From: an uncultured Acidimicrobiaceae bacterium
GTDB lineage: Bacteria > Actinomycetota > Acidimicrobiia > Spongiisociales > SHLN01
Assembly (NCBI GenBank): GCA_947259275.1
Contig: CAMYMH010000001.1
Location: forward strand, 37,397-101,396
Reading direction: 5' to 3'
Length of the DNA: 64,000 nt
The position numbers were made by a program, and so were the translations under genes. Positions 28,319 to 38,523 of the stretch are shown piece by piece. The notes beneath the pieces were generated by a model. That model ran no database searches and was not told where the DNA came from. It saw only the letters and a list, made by a program, of their open reading frames with translations. The first letter of the stretch is position 1, and every line of letters begins with the position of its first letter.

Positions 28319-29659
28319 TCACCCGGCATCGGTCAGTTGGTCTATCAAGGCGCGAATCCCGTCACTGATATTGACCTGGTACGGAGCCTCCCCGCCTCGC
28401 AGGACCCGCAGTCGCGGTGGGAGCCTCTCCACTGCCTGCCGCCGTCGCTCCTGCGCAGCCGAAAGCGATTCAGCCGCTCGAACCCGCCGACCATTCTCCA
28501 TCGCCAGCTCGAGCAGTGGCCGGCCACCCGGCACCTCTTCGTCGACCAGGGCGATCAGGTCCTGCTCGTCGAAGCGGTGCACTTGCTTCCGCCCCGGCAG
28601 GTTGGCCTTCGCCGCCGAATGCTTCATCTTCGGCACTCCGCCTTCCTCAACCAGCTTGTAGACGACGCCCAGGTAGGGCGCGTCGGCTGACGTTCCCAAT
28701 CTGGTCCCTACCCCGAACGCATTCACCGGCGCGTCGTTGGCCAGCATCTCGGCGATCCGATACTCGTCGAGGTCCCCAGACGCGAAGATCTCGATTTCGG
28801 GGTGACCGCCGGTGTCGAGAATGGATCGCACGGACTGCGCCAGACGCTCCAGATCCCCCGAGTCGATTCGCACCCCCCGGATGGCAATCCCTTCAACCGC
28901 CAGCTCATCGGCGACTTGGACCGCCACCCGGGCGCCCCGATCGGTGTCGTAGGTGTCGATGAGTAGTACCACGTTGGCGGGGAAGCGACGGGCGAAGGCG
29001 CGAAACGCCTCTCGCTCCGATTCGAAGGTGGTCACGTAGGAATGGGCCATGGTGCCCGTCACCGGTATGCCGTACAGCTGCCCGGCCAGCGTCAACGACG
29101 TGGCGACCGCCCCTCCCACATAAGCAGCTCGCGCTCCCTTGAGGGCGGCATCTACTCCGTGGGCGCGCCGGGCTGCAAAATCCACGAACTCACGGTCCCG
29201 GCAGGCGATGGCGACCCGGGCCGCCTTCGATGCCACCATGGTTTGGTGCTGGACGATGTTGATGAGAAGCGTTTCCACCAGCTGCGCTTCTGGAAGGGGG
29301 GCAGTCACCTCCAGGATCGGCTCATTCGGGAACACGATCTCGCCCTCTCGCACCGCGCGCACCTGGCCTGTGAACGAGAGGTCGGCGAGATACTCGAGAA
29401 ACCGAGCGTTGAACACTTCCAATCCGGCCAGATAGTCGAGAGATGGCTGGGTGACCTGCAGCGAACCGAGAGCGTCCACTGCATCGTCTACTCCGGCCGC
29501 AACCAGGAATGAACGTTGGGTCGGCAGGTCCCTGACAAACAGATCGAAGGTGGCGGTTTGTTCCATGCCAGCCTGGATATATGAGGCGGCCATGGTGAGC
29601 TCGTAGAGGTCGGTGACCATCGAATAGTTACCGGGCCCAACCCACGCCGGGGGGTTCAA
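28319..29659 (-). CDS. pncB: nicotinate phosphoribosyltransferase
   Basis: TDLYELTMAASYIQAGM N-terminus. 446 aa. ATGA overlap with the upstream nicotinamidase gene. Confidence 0.85.
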   Translation of the reverse strand: MNPPAWVGPGNYSMVTDLYELTMAASYIQAGMEQTATFDLFVRDLPTQRSFLVAAGVDDAVDALGSLQVTQPSLDYLAGLEVFNARFLEYLADLSFTGQVRAVREGEIVFPNEPILEVTAPLPEAQLVETLLINIVQHQTMVASKAARVAIACRDREFVDFAARRAHGVDAALKGARAAYVGGAVATSLTLAGQLYGIPVTGTMAHSYVTTFESEREAFRAFARRFPANVVLLIDTYDTDRGARVAVQVADELAVEGIAIRGVRIDSGDLERLAQSVRSILDTGGHPEIEIFASGDLDEYRIAEMLANDAPVNAFGVGTRLGTSADAPYLGVVYKLVEEGGVPKMKHSAAKANLPGRKQVHRFDEQDLIALVDEEVPGGRPLLELAMENGRRVRAAESLSAAQERRRQAVERLPPRLRVLRGGEAPYQVNISDGIRALIDQLTDAG

Positions 29660-30249
29660 TTGGCGGGCCCGGTCAGCGCGATCCCGGCGGCCGCCAGCTC
29701 GGCCAGCGAACGCTCGTCATCGCCGGGTTGGAGGTTGACCGCCCGGGTGGCGTGGGTTAACAGGGAAGTGGTGAATTCGGCCCCAGCAGCATCAAGAGCC
29801 GTGTCTTTGACGCAGTAGTCGAGAGCGAGGCCCACGACCACCACTCGCTTGATTCCGGCGTCGCGAAGAAGCGAGCCCAGCTGGGTCGGAGTCTCTTCGC
29901 CTGAATCCGGGTCTCGAACCGTGAAGCCGGAATAGCCATCCTCGCCGCCCGTGCCCTTCCGAATCGATGGCCCAACCACGTCGAGGCCGGGATGGAACCG
30001 CGCGCCCCATGAGTCGTGTACGCAATGGACCGGCCAGATCCCACCGTCCTTCTCGAAGTGAGGGGTGGAAACCGGGTGCCAGTCCTGGGTGTAGACCACC
30101 GTGGCGCCGGAGGTCGTGGCCCGCCGGATTTCCTGGTTGATGACGGGCACGACGGTCTCTCCTTCGGGCACGTAAAGGCTCCCCTTTGGGTCGGCGAAGT
30201 CGTTCTGGACATCCACCACAATCAAGGCCGTCTGCGAGTCGTAGTCCAC
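29656..30249 (-). CDS. pncA: nicotinamidase/pyrazinamidase (isochorismatase family)
   Basis: ALIVVDVQNDF…, catalytic Cys in LALDYCVKDT. 197 aa. Confidence 0.8.
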   Translation of the reverse strand: MDYDSQTALIVVDVQNDFADPKGSLYVPEGETVVPVINQEIRRATTSGATVVYTQDWHPVSTPHFEKDGGIWPVHCVHDSWGARFHPGLDVVGPSIRKGTGGEDGYSGFTVRDPDSGEETPTQLGSLLRDAGIKRVVVVGLALDYCVKDTALDAAGAEFTTSLLTHATRAVNLQPGDDERSLAELAAAGIALTGPAN

Positions 30250-30492
30250 GGGTCGAGGCTACCGAGACTCGCCGGTGTCCGTCACGATCCCGGATCGGCT
30301 CATCGAATATCTCTCTATCCCATGAACCCCGCCTAGTTGACCACACAGTTGCGGGCGAATATCTGGAAATCGTCTGCGAATCCCGTAACGCGCGCCGGCG
30401 TGAGAGGGAAATATGCGTTTCGCCTCTACAAGTTGTGGCCGGCCAGATAGATGATTCATTGTGGAGGCACTGTCCTGTTTGGAGGAGGAGTT

Positions 30493-30948
30493 ATGCAAGC
30501 CATGACACCGCCTGATGCCACCCCTGAGAGCCCGATGGTTGACAAGCGCAATTGGGTGCCGACGGTGCTGACCGCGGTTGTCGTCTTGTTCGCGGCGGCG
30601 GTGGCGATCTGGTGGTTTGGGATTCGGGACAGCGAGACAACCGGCGTGCCGAATCCGGCAGCCGTGTTCTGCGAGGAGCAGGGCGGCACGGTTGAGATCG
30701 TGACCGACGCCCAGGGGAACCAGTCCGGTATCTGTGCGCTACCCGACGGCACCGAGATCGAGGAGTGGGAGCATTACCGCCGGTTCCACGGCGAAGGCGC
30801 CGGTGCGGGTCTCGCCAACCCGGCCGCCGTGTTCTGTGAGGGACAGGGTGGCATCGTCTCGGGAGCCGAGCCGATGTGTGAGCTGCCCGACGGCACCATG
30901 GTCGATGCTTGGGAGTACTTCCGGACATACAACCAACCCAGCCCCTAG
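30493..30948 (+). CDS. DUF333-type secreted/anchored protein with two NPAAVFCE..GG...C.LPDG..EW repeats
   Basis: N-terminal TM/signal VLTAVVVLFAAAVAIWWF. Duplicated Cys-containing DUF333 motif. Confidence 0.55.
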   Translation: MQAMTPPDATPESPMVDKRNWVPTVLTAVVVLFAAAVAIWWFGIRDSETTGVPNPAAVFCEEQGGTVEIVTDAQGNQSGICALPDGTEIEEWEHYRRFHGEGAGAGLANPAAVFCEGQGGIVSGAEPMCELPDGTMVDAWEYFRTYNQPSP

Positions 30949-31134
30949 GCCCACCTCAGTACCCGGCCAGGGTCCTTGGCCAAGGCGCTCAGTACGGGCA
31001 GCCGATCCCGCGCACCATGCACTGTGCGTTGTTATTGCGCGAGATCTGGGTGTTCGGCGACAGGATGTGAGAGTTCCCACAGGCGGGTGACCTCAGGTGT
31101 CGCCCCCTGGTTTTCCGGCATCCAGAGGTGTGCG

Positions 31135-31336
31135 TGGGTGCACGCTGAAACAAGGCGACAATTAGGCAACGCGACAACGAGAAACACTCGGAAACGACCG
31201 GAACCAACGAGAATGGACACGTCAGTCGCCACAAGTGGAAACAGCCGTTAACCCAATGACCATGAGGTCCCATGAAACCGCCCGCGTTGCCTTCACACGG
31301 CAGAGGCCACTGGCTCAATCCCAGTAGCGCCCACCG
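31135..31336 (+). repeat. repeat element copy B (long form) with a closable acceptor-like stem
   Basis: 5' GGGTGCA…AGGCGACAATTAGGCAACGCGACAACGAGAAACACTCGGAAACGACCGGAACCAAC…CCCGCGTTGCC-TTCACACGGCAGAGG-CCACTGG-CTCAATC-CCAGT-AGCGCCC-A-CCG. GGGTGCA pairs 6/7 with AGCGCCC. Confidence 0.6.
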
Positions 31337-31562
31337 CTGATCCTCATCCTTCTGTGGCTGAGATATGGGCCCGTAGCGCCGCAGCCACACCCGACCACGA
31401 AGAGGAAGCAGGACCCATGGGCTGTCCGTCGTCGGGGAAAGAGGACCGCACCGGGCTTAGCACCGAGAGCTTCTAGCCTGTCAGGCTTGCGAGTGCCTCA
31501 GCGGCGAGGTAACGACTGTGGGCCGCACAGCAGTGATCGATAACGCGGGAGGCGCGCCGGTG

Positions 31563-32495
31563 TCACCGACTTCGGTACCAGTCGGCGGTGGCGGGGATCC
31601 CCACTTCGAAGGGCGTCGGATCGTCCCAGAAGCGGGCCCCGAACTTGGAGTGGTCAGCTTGGAACGGTCGGTCCCACTGGTAGAGCATTTCCTTCGACTC
31701 ACGGACTGTCGGGTTGATGAGACCCAGCAGGCTCATGCCCCAAGGAGGCAGCGTTTGGATCTTGAGGTCGACGCCGATCTCGTCGGCAAACGCGGTCAGT
31801 AACTGGCGGACGGTGCGGTCCGGGGCGTTGGGGACGTGCCAAGCTTGGCCCAGCACTTCGTCTCCGCCGTTGGCGACCGAGACGAGCGCTCGGGCGATGT
31901 CGGGGACGTAGGTGAAGCTGTGAGGCTGGTCGGGGTCGCCGAAGGTTTGCGCAGACTTGCCCCGGCTCATGCGCCCGAAGGTGACCTCGCCGAGCGCGGC
32001 CAGGGTGACGCCCGGGCCGTAGAAGTCGCTGGCTCGTACTGCGGCTGCCCGGACGCGGCCTGCGTCGTGCGCGGCTTGCCAAGTGCGCGTGATCTTTGCC
32101 CTTACCGCCGGCTTATCCCCGTAGTTCGTGAGGGCCATGTCCTCCGTTCTGGGCCCGTCGACGGGTCCGTACATGTAGAGGTTGTCCATGAAGACGAAGG
32201 TCGCCCCGCTGCTCTCGGCGCCGCGGAGCATGCCGTTCATTAGTGGCGGCCATAGCTCCGGCCAATGCTCGTAGCCCGGCAGGCCGACGCAGCCGAACAC
32301 AACGCTGGCGCCCTCACAGGCGCGCTCCGCCGCACCAGGCTCGGCAATATCCGCAGCCGCGACCTCGACACCTGCCGGCACATCTGCGGTGCCGCGGCGG
32401 GTCACGACTCGAGTAGGCCGATTCTCGCCGGCAAGGCGCTCTACCAAAGCGCCGCCCACCGGGCCGGCTCCGATAACAACGTTGAGCTCATTCAA
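31563..32495 (-). CDS. NAD-dependent epimerase/dehydratase family (SDR extended) protein
   Basis: N-terminal VVIGAGPVGGALVERL Rossmann motif. 310 aa. Confidence 0.7.
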   Translation of the reverse strand: MNELNVVIGAGPVGGALVERLAGENRPTRVVTRRGTADVPAGVEVAAADIAEPGAAERACEGASVVFGCVGLPGYEHWPELWPPLMNGMLRGAESSGATFVFMDNLYMYGPVDGPRTEDMALTNYGDKPAVRAKITRTWQAAHDAGRVRAAAVRASDFYGPGVTLAALGEVTFGRMSRGKSAQTFGDPDQPHSFTYVPDIARALVSVANGGDEVLGQAWHVPNAPDRTVRQLLTAFADEIGVDLKIQTLPPWGMSLLGLINPTVRESKEMLYQWDRPFQADHSKFGARFWDDPTPFEVGIPATADWYRSR

Positions 32496-32767
32496 TTGCT
32501 CTCTCCTCTTCGTGTCCCCACTGAGTCAACTCGATCGCTGGTGCGGCTGTAAAGGCGGATCCCGTTGAATGGTCAGCGCGCGCGTGCAACCGAAGATCGG
32601 GAAACCGAGAGTTCAGCAAGGGCGACGACGCAGCCGAAGTAGGGAGTAGCTGCTCGGAGGAGCTGACATTTGCCTCTAGCCGCCGTGGGTCGACTGTGGT
32701 GATATGAATATGCGGTGATGAGCCCGCCGGAGGCGGTGCGCCGGCCGCTTTAGATGAGGGGGAAACC

Positions 32768-33595
32768 ATGACCATGGCTCCGGAACGTGTGACCACTGAT
32801 GAAGACGGTCCGCCACCTGGCTCCACGTACTGGCCTGCGGTGGTTCTCGCGACCGTCGTCCTCGCGTTGTTGGGGAGCGGCCTGATCTGGCTGGCGATTC
32901 GCGGAAGCGACGACGCCGCCGATTCCGGTGAGCGTATCAACGGTTCTGGCAATGTCATCACCCAGGCCCGGTCGGTGAGTGGTTTCGACGGAGTCACCCT
33001 CATGTCGGGTGGACGACTGCTCATCACCCAGGGAACCGAAGAGTCGCTCACAATCGAGACCGATGACAACTTCATGTCATATCTGAAGACAGATGTCTCG
33101 GGTGGCGAGCTCAGAATCTCGGCTGAGAAGGATGGCATCTCGTACAACCTGGACCCAAGCGACGACATCGTATTCCGAATTGGAGTGATCGAGCTGAGCG
33201 ATCTCACGGTATTCGGCGGCGGAGACATCGAGATGGGCGCCCTAACCACCGCTCGGTTGGACCTCGAGATCTTGGGAGCGGCTGATGTGGAGATCGGCGA
33301 CCTCACCGCCGACGAACTCCGGATCGATGTCCCCGGCGCCTCCAATATCAAGCTGGCCGGCGCGGTCCTGAATCAGGACGTCCGCTGGCTCGGGGCAGGT
33401 ACCTACTCCGGAGGAGATCTCCGGAGCGAAACAGCGTCTGTCTCGGTCGTCGGTGCCTCCACGGTCGAGGTATGGGCCAGTGACAGCCTCGAGATCACCG
33501 TCACCGGAGCCGGGACCGTCAGCTACTACGGAACGCCCACCGTCAACCAAAGCGTGACCGGGGTTGGGACCGTCCGAAGCCTCGGGCCGAAGTAG
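32768..33595 (+). CDS. DUF2807 (autotransporter-adhesin head GIN-like) beta-helix protein with N-terminal TM anchor
   Basis: TM VVLATVVLALLGSGLIWLAI, then repetitive beta-helical DUF2807-type rungs (GAADVEIGDLTADELRIDVPGASNIKLAG). Confidence 0.6.
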   Translation: MTMAPERVTTDEDGPPPGSTYWPAVVLATVVLALLGSGLIWLAIRGSDDAADSGERINGSGNVITQARSVSGFDGVTLMSGGRLLITQGTEESLTIETDDNFMSYLKTDVSGGELRISAEKDGISYNLDPSDDIVFRIGVIELSDLTVFGGGDIEMGALTTARLDLEILGAADVEIGDLTADELRIDVPGASNIKLAGAVLNQDVRWLGAGTYSGGDLRSETASVSVVGASTVEVWASDSLEITVTGAGTVSYYGTPTVNQSVTGVGTVRSLGPK

Positions 33596-33771
33596 GAGGC
33601 ATTCGCTCAGGCACCGGAAAGCTGAGCCGACAAGAAGCAGCACAGCATGACGGTCACGACCATGGCTGAGCGTCCCTCAACCCGTCCTGGAACAGGCAAT
33701 CTCGAGGTCAGTTGTAGGCCACAGTTGGTAGTCGGAGTCGCGTCGCTTCGGGGAGACAGCTGGGTCAGTTC

Positions 33772-33967
33772 GGGGTGCTGCCGTACGCCGTAACCAGGCA
33801 ACAATGAGGCAACGCGATGACGAGAAACACTCACGACGGGAACCAACAAGACGCCAGTTACGAACCGGGCAAACGCCGGAAAACCCAATATCCATGCGCG
33901 TCTTCGGGACCGCCCGCGTTGCCCTCACCCGGCAGAGTCACTGGTTCAATCCCGGTCGCGCCCACCA
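33772..33967 (+). repeat. repeat element copy C (long form) ending in a T-arm, acceptor and an encoded CCA
   Basis: GGGTGCT…AGGCAACAATGAGGCAACGCGATGACGAGAAACACTCACGACGGGAACCAAC…CCCGCGTTGCC-CTCACCCGGCAGAG-TCACTGG-TTCAATC-CCGGT-CGCGCCC-A-CCA. GGGTGCT pairs 6/7 with CGCGCCC. Confidence 0.6.
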
Positions 33968-33988
33968 CCTGGCGCGCCGCCGGCAACC

Positions 33989-35221
33989 TCAGCGGCGTTG
34001 AGTCGTGTTCGTTGAGGCCGTGCGATGTTCGGCCCATGCAATCCAGCCGGCGGCGATGAGGCCATAGCCGGCCATACCGACGACCAGGGGAGTGATCGTC
34101 CCTGACAGGTTGCGGTCGATGAGCGTACCGAGCAAGGCACCGCCGGCGAGTGACACCGTCCCAATGACCGCCGACGCCGTTCCGGCTATGTGGCCAAGCG
34201 GCTCGAGGGCGATCGCATTGACGTTGGGGATCATCGTGGCGTGCATCACCAGGACGGCGCTGATCCCAATGATTGCCACCCAGAACCAAGGTTTGCCTTC
34301 CGTGAGGAAGACCACCACGAGAAGGACGAGAGCTACCACCGTGTACCCGACCACCGCCAGGCGAGCCGTCTGGTGGACACCCACCCTCTGGACGATTCTG
34401 GCATTGAACAGCATGGCGCTCCCCATCCCCGCGGCAACCGCACCGAAGATGAACGGGAACATGCCCGGTCGCCCGTAGATCTCGCCGACGATGAGCTCAG
34501 AGCTGGCGAGATACGACGTGAAAGCCCCGAAGAGGAAGACCATTGCCATGGTGTATCCGAGGGTTTGGCGGGTGGTGAACACTTCCCGTGCCGCATCCAG
34601 CACCGGCCGCAGCGCCAGCTCCCGGCGGTTCTCTTCTGCCAGTGTCTCCTCCAGCCGCATCCCCCAAACACCTACCACGAGGGCATACAGGGCACAGAAC
34701 CAGAAAACGATCTGCCACGAGCCCAGGGCGGCGATGGCGGCACCCAGGCTGGGCGCCAGGATCGGGATTGTCACAAAGACGGCCATTATGAACGACATGG
34801 CTCGCGCCATCGCATCGCCCTCATAGACATCCCTGACCACAGCAACGGCCATCACCCGGGGCCCGGCGGCGCCGATACCCCAGAGGAAGCGGCTCAGCAA
34901 CATCAGCGGAAGGGTTGGCGCCGCGGCAGACCCTATGGCCGCGATGCCGTAGATGAGGAGACCGACGTACAGCACCGGCCGACGTCCGTAACGATCAGCG
35001 AACGGGCCGTAGAGGATCTGACCCGAGGCCATGCCCAGGAAGTAGACGGTGACTATCTGGGCGACGTCGGTGGCGTCCGCAGCTAGACCGAAGTGAGTGC
35101 GAATCTCGTCGAAAACGGGAAGCATCAGATCGATTCCGAGCGCGCCCAGCGCCATGATCGCCGCCAGCAGTGCGGTGAACTGTTTCTTGCCGATGGCTAG
35201 GTTGGGAGGCGATGACGTCAT
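33989..35221 (-). CDS. MFS transporter (Bcr/CflA drug-resistance subfamily-like)
   Basis: 410 aa from MTSSPPNLAIGKK. 12 TM helices. FADRYGRRPVL motif. The ORF-track ORF (683 aa) is over-extended. Confidence 0.8.
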   Translation of the reverse strand: MTSSPPNLAIGKKQFTALLAAIMALGALGIDLMLPVFDEIRTHFGLAADATDVAQIVTVYFLGMASGQILYGPFADRYGRRPVLYVGLLIYGIAAIGSAAAPTLPLMLLSRFLWGIGAAGPRVMAVAVVRDVYEGDAMARAMSFIMAVFVTIPILAPSLGAAIAALGSWQIVFWFCALYALVVGVWGMRLEETLAEENRRELALRPVLDAAREVFTTRQTLGYTMAMVFLFGAFTSYLASSELIVGEIYGRPGMFPFIFGAVAAGMGSAMLFNARIVQRVGVHQTARLAVVGYTVVALVLLVVVFLTEGKPWFWVAIIGISAVLVMHATMIPNVNAIALEPLGHIAGTASAVIGTVSLAGGALLGTLIDRNLSGTITPLVVGMAGYGLIAAGWIAWAEHRTASTNTTQRR

Positions 35222-35473
35222 GCGAGGGGCCAGCGTAGGGGGACCGAACCGCCCATGCCCCCTCGGCCCTCGGCGATCGACGAAAGGGATGCCTGAGGAC
35301 TGGTTCGTCTCTGTGATCACTTGGCGAAGTCGAGCGGTGTCAGCGGATGGTGAGCGACCGGCTGGGGGGAGCCATTTTCTTGGGACTACTGCCTCTGGAC
35401 ACGGCCCTGGAGCCGCGGTGTGGTAGCAGTGAAGCCGTTGCGTTATCGGCTGGTCTTGCGAAGGGAGACAACC

Positions 35474-35968
35474 ATGAACGCGGAGACAAACCCCACCACC
35501 ACGGTTCCCAGCTGGACCCCACCGAAATGGGTCAACTCGATGATGACGGCGATGCTCCGGACGCCCGGACTCCAGCGGCTGCTTGGTAGACGCACCGCGT
35601 TGCTGACCGTAACGGGGCGCAAGACCGGCAAGCGGTACACGACGCCGGTCACCTACTTCCGAGAGGAGGACACCGTGCTCGTCGTCACCAGGAGAGTCCG
35701 AACCTGGTGGCGCAACCTCGACACCAACCGGGAGGTCGAATTGCGCCTCGCCGGCCGACCGTACCAGGGCCGTGCCCGCCTGCGGGTCGGTGACCGCGCC
35801 GGGTTGGACGACCTGAGCGCGTTTCTCGAACATCGCCGTCGTGACGCCAAGGCCTACGGGATTGGTTTCACCACCGATGGGCACATCGACGAGGACCAGG
35901 CCCTCGCCGTTCTCCCGTACCTGGTGATCATCCGCATCACCCTGACCGCCGCCAGAGCCCGCGCGTGA
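35474..35968 (+). CDS. F420H2-dependent nitroreductase family (DUF385/Ddn-like)
   Basis: LLTVTGRKTGKRYTTPVTYFREEDTVLVV…WWRNLDTNREVELR matches the Ddn-family core. Confidence 0.65.
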   Translation: MNAETNPTTTVPSWTPPKWVNSMMTAMLRTPGLQRLLGRRTALLTVTGRKTGKRYTTPVTYFREEDTVLVVTRRVRTWWRNLDTNREVELRLAGRPYQGRARLRVGDRAGLDDLSAFLEHRRRDAKAYGIGFTTDGHIDEDQALAVLPYLVIIRITLTAARARA

Positions 35969-36080
35969 TCGACGCCGACGCCGCTCCCACACCGTCTGTG
36001 AGTCCCGGAGTGATGGCATAAACCAGACCGGTGGGGTCATCGGAGATGACGGCTGTCTCCCGGACCGGCCCCAAGCCTGG

Positions 36081-36607
36081 TCATCCAGCTATCTCGCCCG
36101 CTCGACGAACTAGCGCACGGTGGTGCAGGTCGTGATCGGAGTTGAAGATGATCCCGGTCACGCGAACCCGGCGCCCGGTCGCACGTCGCCGACGTGTCGG
36201 TGCAATCACTTCAGGCAGACCGATCAGGTAGGTGATCGTCCCACCGTACGGGCCGGCTGATACTCCCGGTGCAGTTTCAAGGCGATCTGGTTGATTCGTT
36301 TGCCGGCCAGCTCCGGGGGCAGGGGTCGACCCCGGGACAGCAGGTACCGCCACTTCGGTCCGTGCCGAACCTTGCCGACCGCAGCTCGCACGCTTCCCCA
36401 GTACCAGTCGCCGAGCGTGCGGAGCCCGAGGTATCCACCATCGCGGACGGTTTCGACCTGCCGACCGAGACGGTCCTGCAAAGTCTTGCCCAATGGGTAG
36501 GTCGCATCGAGCATGGCCAGCAGTCCGACGCTGCGCTTTCCAGCCGGGTTGGTGACCTGGCTGATTCCGCTCCGATGAACGGACCGTTGTGCTCTAGCGG
36601 CGCTCAT
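36081..36607 (-). pseudogene. frameshifted small gene, possibly 3-methyladenine DNA glycosylase I (Tag)-like
   Basis: Two overlapping frames: …AGKRINQIALKLHREYQ and …GGTITYLIGLPEVIAPT…VTGIIFNSDHDLHH. There is weak resemblance to Tag GKIQAIIGNARA / VGTTICYSFMQACGLVNDH. Confidence 0.25.
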
Positions 36608-36749
36608 ACCGGCGGGTCACAATCGAGGAAGAGGAGGATTCGATGTCTCCCATCGATCGGAACCCGGCCGGAGCGCCTTCTCGAAGCGCCGTTGGTACCG
36701 CCGACGCAACCCTTCCCGCCGGGACGCCGAACGTCGCAGACGAAAGAGA

Positions 36750-38474
36750 GTGAGCTCCATGACGTCCAATCTCCGAGGTCCCAACGCCGTCGAGACCCGC
36801 AAGCGCGGGATCTGGCTGCTGAAAAACCCCGCCACCAACAAGGGGCTGGCCTTCACCCCTGAGGAGCGAGAGCAATGCCGCCTGGATGGTCTGCTACCCG
36901 TGACCGTCCACCTCATCGAGCAGCAGGTGGAGCTCGAGCTCGAACACCTGCACGAGAAGGGCAGCGACCTGGAGCGCTACATCGGCCTCGCCGGACTCCT
37001 GAATCGCAACGAGGTCCTCTTCTACCGGGTCCTGGTGGAACATCTGGCCGAGCTGATGCCCATCGTCTACACGCCCACGGTGGGAGAAGCGTGCCAGCGC
37101 TTCAGCCACATCGTGCGCGACATGCGGGGAATCTGGCTCACCCCCGAGGACATCGACCGCATACCGGAACGGCTCCGCAACTACCCCTACCAGGACATCC
37201 GCCTCATCGTCGTTACCGACAACGAGCGCATCCTCGGTCTCGGCGATCTCGGAGCGGGCGGCATGGGCATCCCCGTCGGAAAGCTGGCGCTCTACGTCGC
37301 CGGCGCCGGAATCCACCCGTCCAAGGTATTGCCGATCAGCCTCGACGTCGGAACCAACAACTCCGCGCTCCTGGAAGATCCCCTGTACGTGGGGCACCGG
37401 GCCCGTCGGATCTCGGGGGCGGCCTACGACGCGTTCATCGAGGCCTTCGTCGAGGGCGTGGCCGACGTCTTCCCCCATGCGGTCATCCAGTGGGAGGACT
37501 TCCACAAGCGCAACGCCTTCCGGATCCTCGAGAACTACCGCCACCGCATCCGCTGCTTCAACGACGACATTCAGGGAACCGCGGGCGTGGCGGTGGCGGG
37601 CATCCTGGCCGCCTTGCGGATAACCGAGCTGCCCATCACAGAACAACGGGTGCTGTTCATCGGTGCAGGCGAAGCCTGCACGGGGATCGCCCGACTCCTG
37701 GGGGCCGCCATGCGCGAGGCCGGCTCGACCCACGGGGAAATCGAGGCGTCTCGTCTGGTCTTCGACAGCCGGGGGTTGCTCCGGGAAGGAGTCGAGGTCT
37801 TCGACGACCACAAACGCGAGCTGATGGCGAGCCGCGCGGTGCTAGCCCGCTACGGACTCGACGGCTCCGATCAGCCGACCCCGGAGGAGGTGATCCGGCA
37901 ATTCCGGCCGACCATCCTGGTCGGTGCCACCGCCACTCCCGGGACCTTCACTCGGGCGATGATCCAGGAAATGGCCAAGCACGTCGAGCGACCCATCGTG
38001 ATGCCGCTCTCCAACCCCACCTCCAAGACCGAGTGTGCGCCGCGGGAGGCCATCTCCTGGAGCGGCGGCCGGGCTCTGGTGGCGACCGGCAGCCCGTTTC
38101 CCGACGTCATCCACGAAGGCGAGCGTCACGTGATCGGTCAAGGGAACAACGTGTTCGTTTTCCCCGGTATCGGCCTGGGCGCCATCATCTCGGAGATCCA
38201 GGAGATCGACGAGGAGATCTTCCTGGTGGCGGCCCGCACGCTCGCAGATTTCGTGAGCGACGAACGCCTCAAGCAAGGCGCCCTCTATCCCGACCAATCG
38301 GAGCTCCGGAACGTGAGCGCTCGGATCGCAGCCGCCATCGTCCGCTACGCCAGCACCCGACGGCTCGGCCGCTCGGTGGCCGACGAGGACGTGAACGAGT
38401 TGGTGTCCGAGTCGACGTGGTTCCCGGATTACGTGCCCGTCATCTCGTCGGATCAAAGCCCGGAGCGACTCTGA
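36750..38474 (+). CDS. NAD(P)-dependent malic enzyme (large eukaryotic-type)
   Basis: 574 aa. VYTPTVGEACQ, GLGDLGAGGMGIPVGKLALY and FNDDIQGTAGV motifs. Confidence 0.9.
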   Translation: MSSMTSNLRGPNAVETRKRGIWLLKNPATNKGLAFTPEEREQCRLDGLLPVTVHLIEQQVELELEHLHEKGSDLERYIGLAGLLNRNEVLFYRVLVEHLAELMPIVYTPTVGEACQRFSHIVRDMRGIWLTPEDIDRIPERLRNYPYQDIRLIVVTDNERILGLGDLGAGGMGIPVGKLALYVAGAGIHPSKVLPISLDVGTNNSALLEDPLYVGHRARRISGAAYDAFIEAFVEGVADVFPHAVIQWEDFHKRNAFRILENYRHRIRCFNDDIQGTAGVAVAGILAALRITELPITEQRVLFIGAGEACTGIARLLGAAMREAGSTHGEIEASRLVFDSRGLLREGVEVFDDHKRELMASRAVLARYGLDGSDQPTPEEVIRQFRPTILVGATATPGTFTRAMIQEMAKHVERPIVMPLSNPTSKTECAPREAISWSGGRALVATGSPFPDVIHEGERHVIGQGNNVFVFPGIGLGAIISEIQEIDEEIFLVAARTLADFVSDERLKQGALYPDQSELRNVSARIAAAIVRYASTRRLGRSVADEDVNELVSESTWFPDYVPVISSDQSPERL

Positions 38475-38523
38475 CCTCGCGGCCGGGGGATGGAAGAAAC
38501 GTCGGTGGTGCGCATGGCCGGGC

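Noticed and set aside
31135-31336. Interpreting the repeat copies as tmRNA (ssrA) or as intron-containing tRNA genes.
   Set aside because: Three or more diverged copies per 64 kb, no GGGG…/…CCACCA tmRNA termini, no plausible ANDxxYALAA-type tag frame, and no D-arm or anticodon arm that completes a cloverleaf. The insert (about 110 nt) is too short for a group I intron. Kept as a novel repeat/ncRNA family instead.
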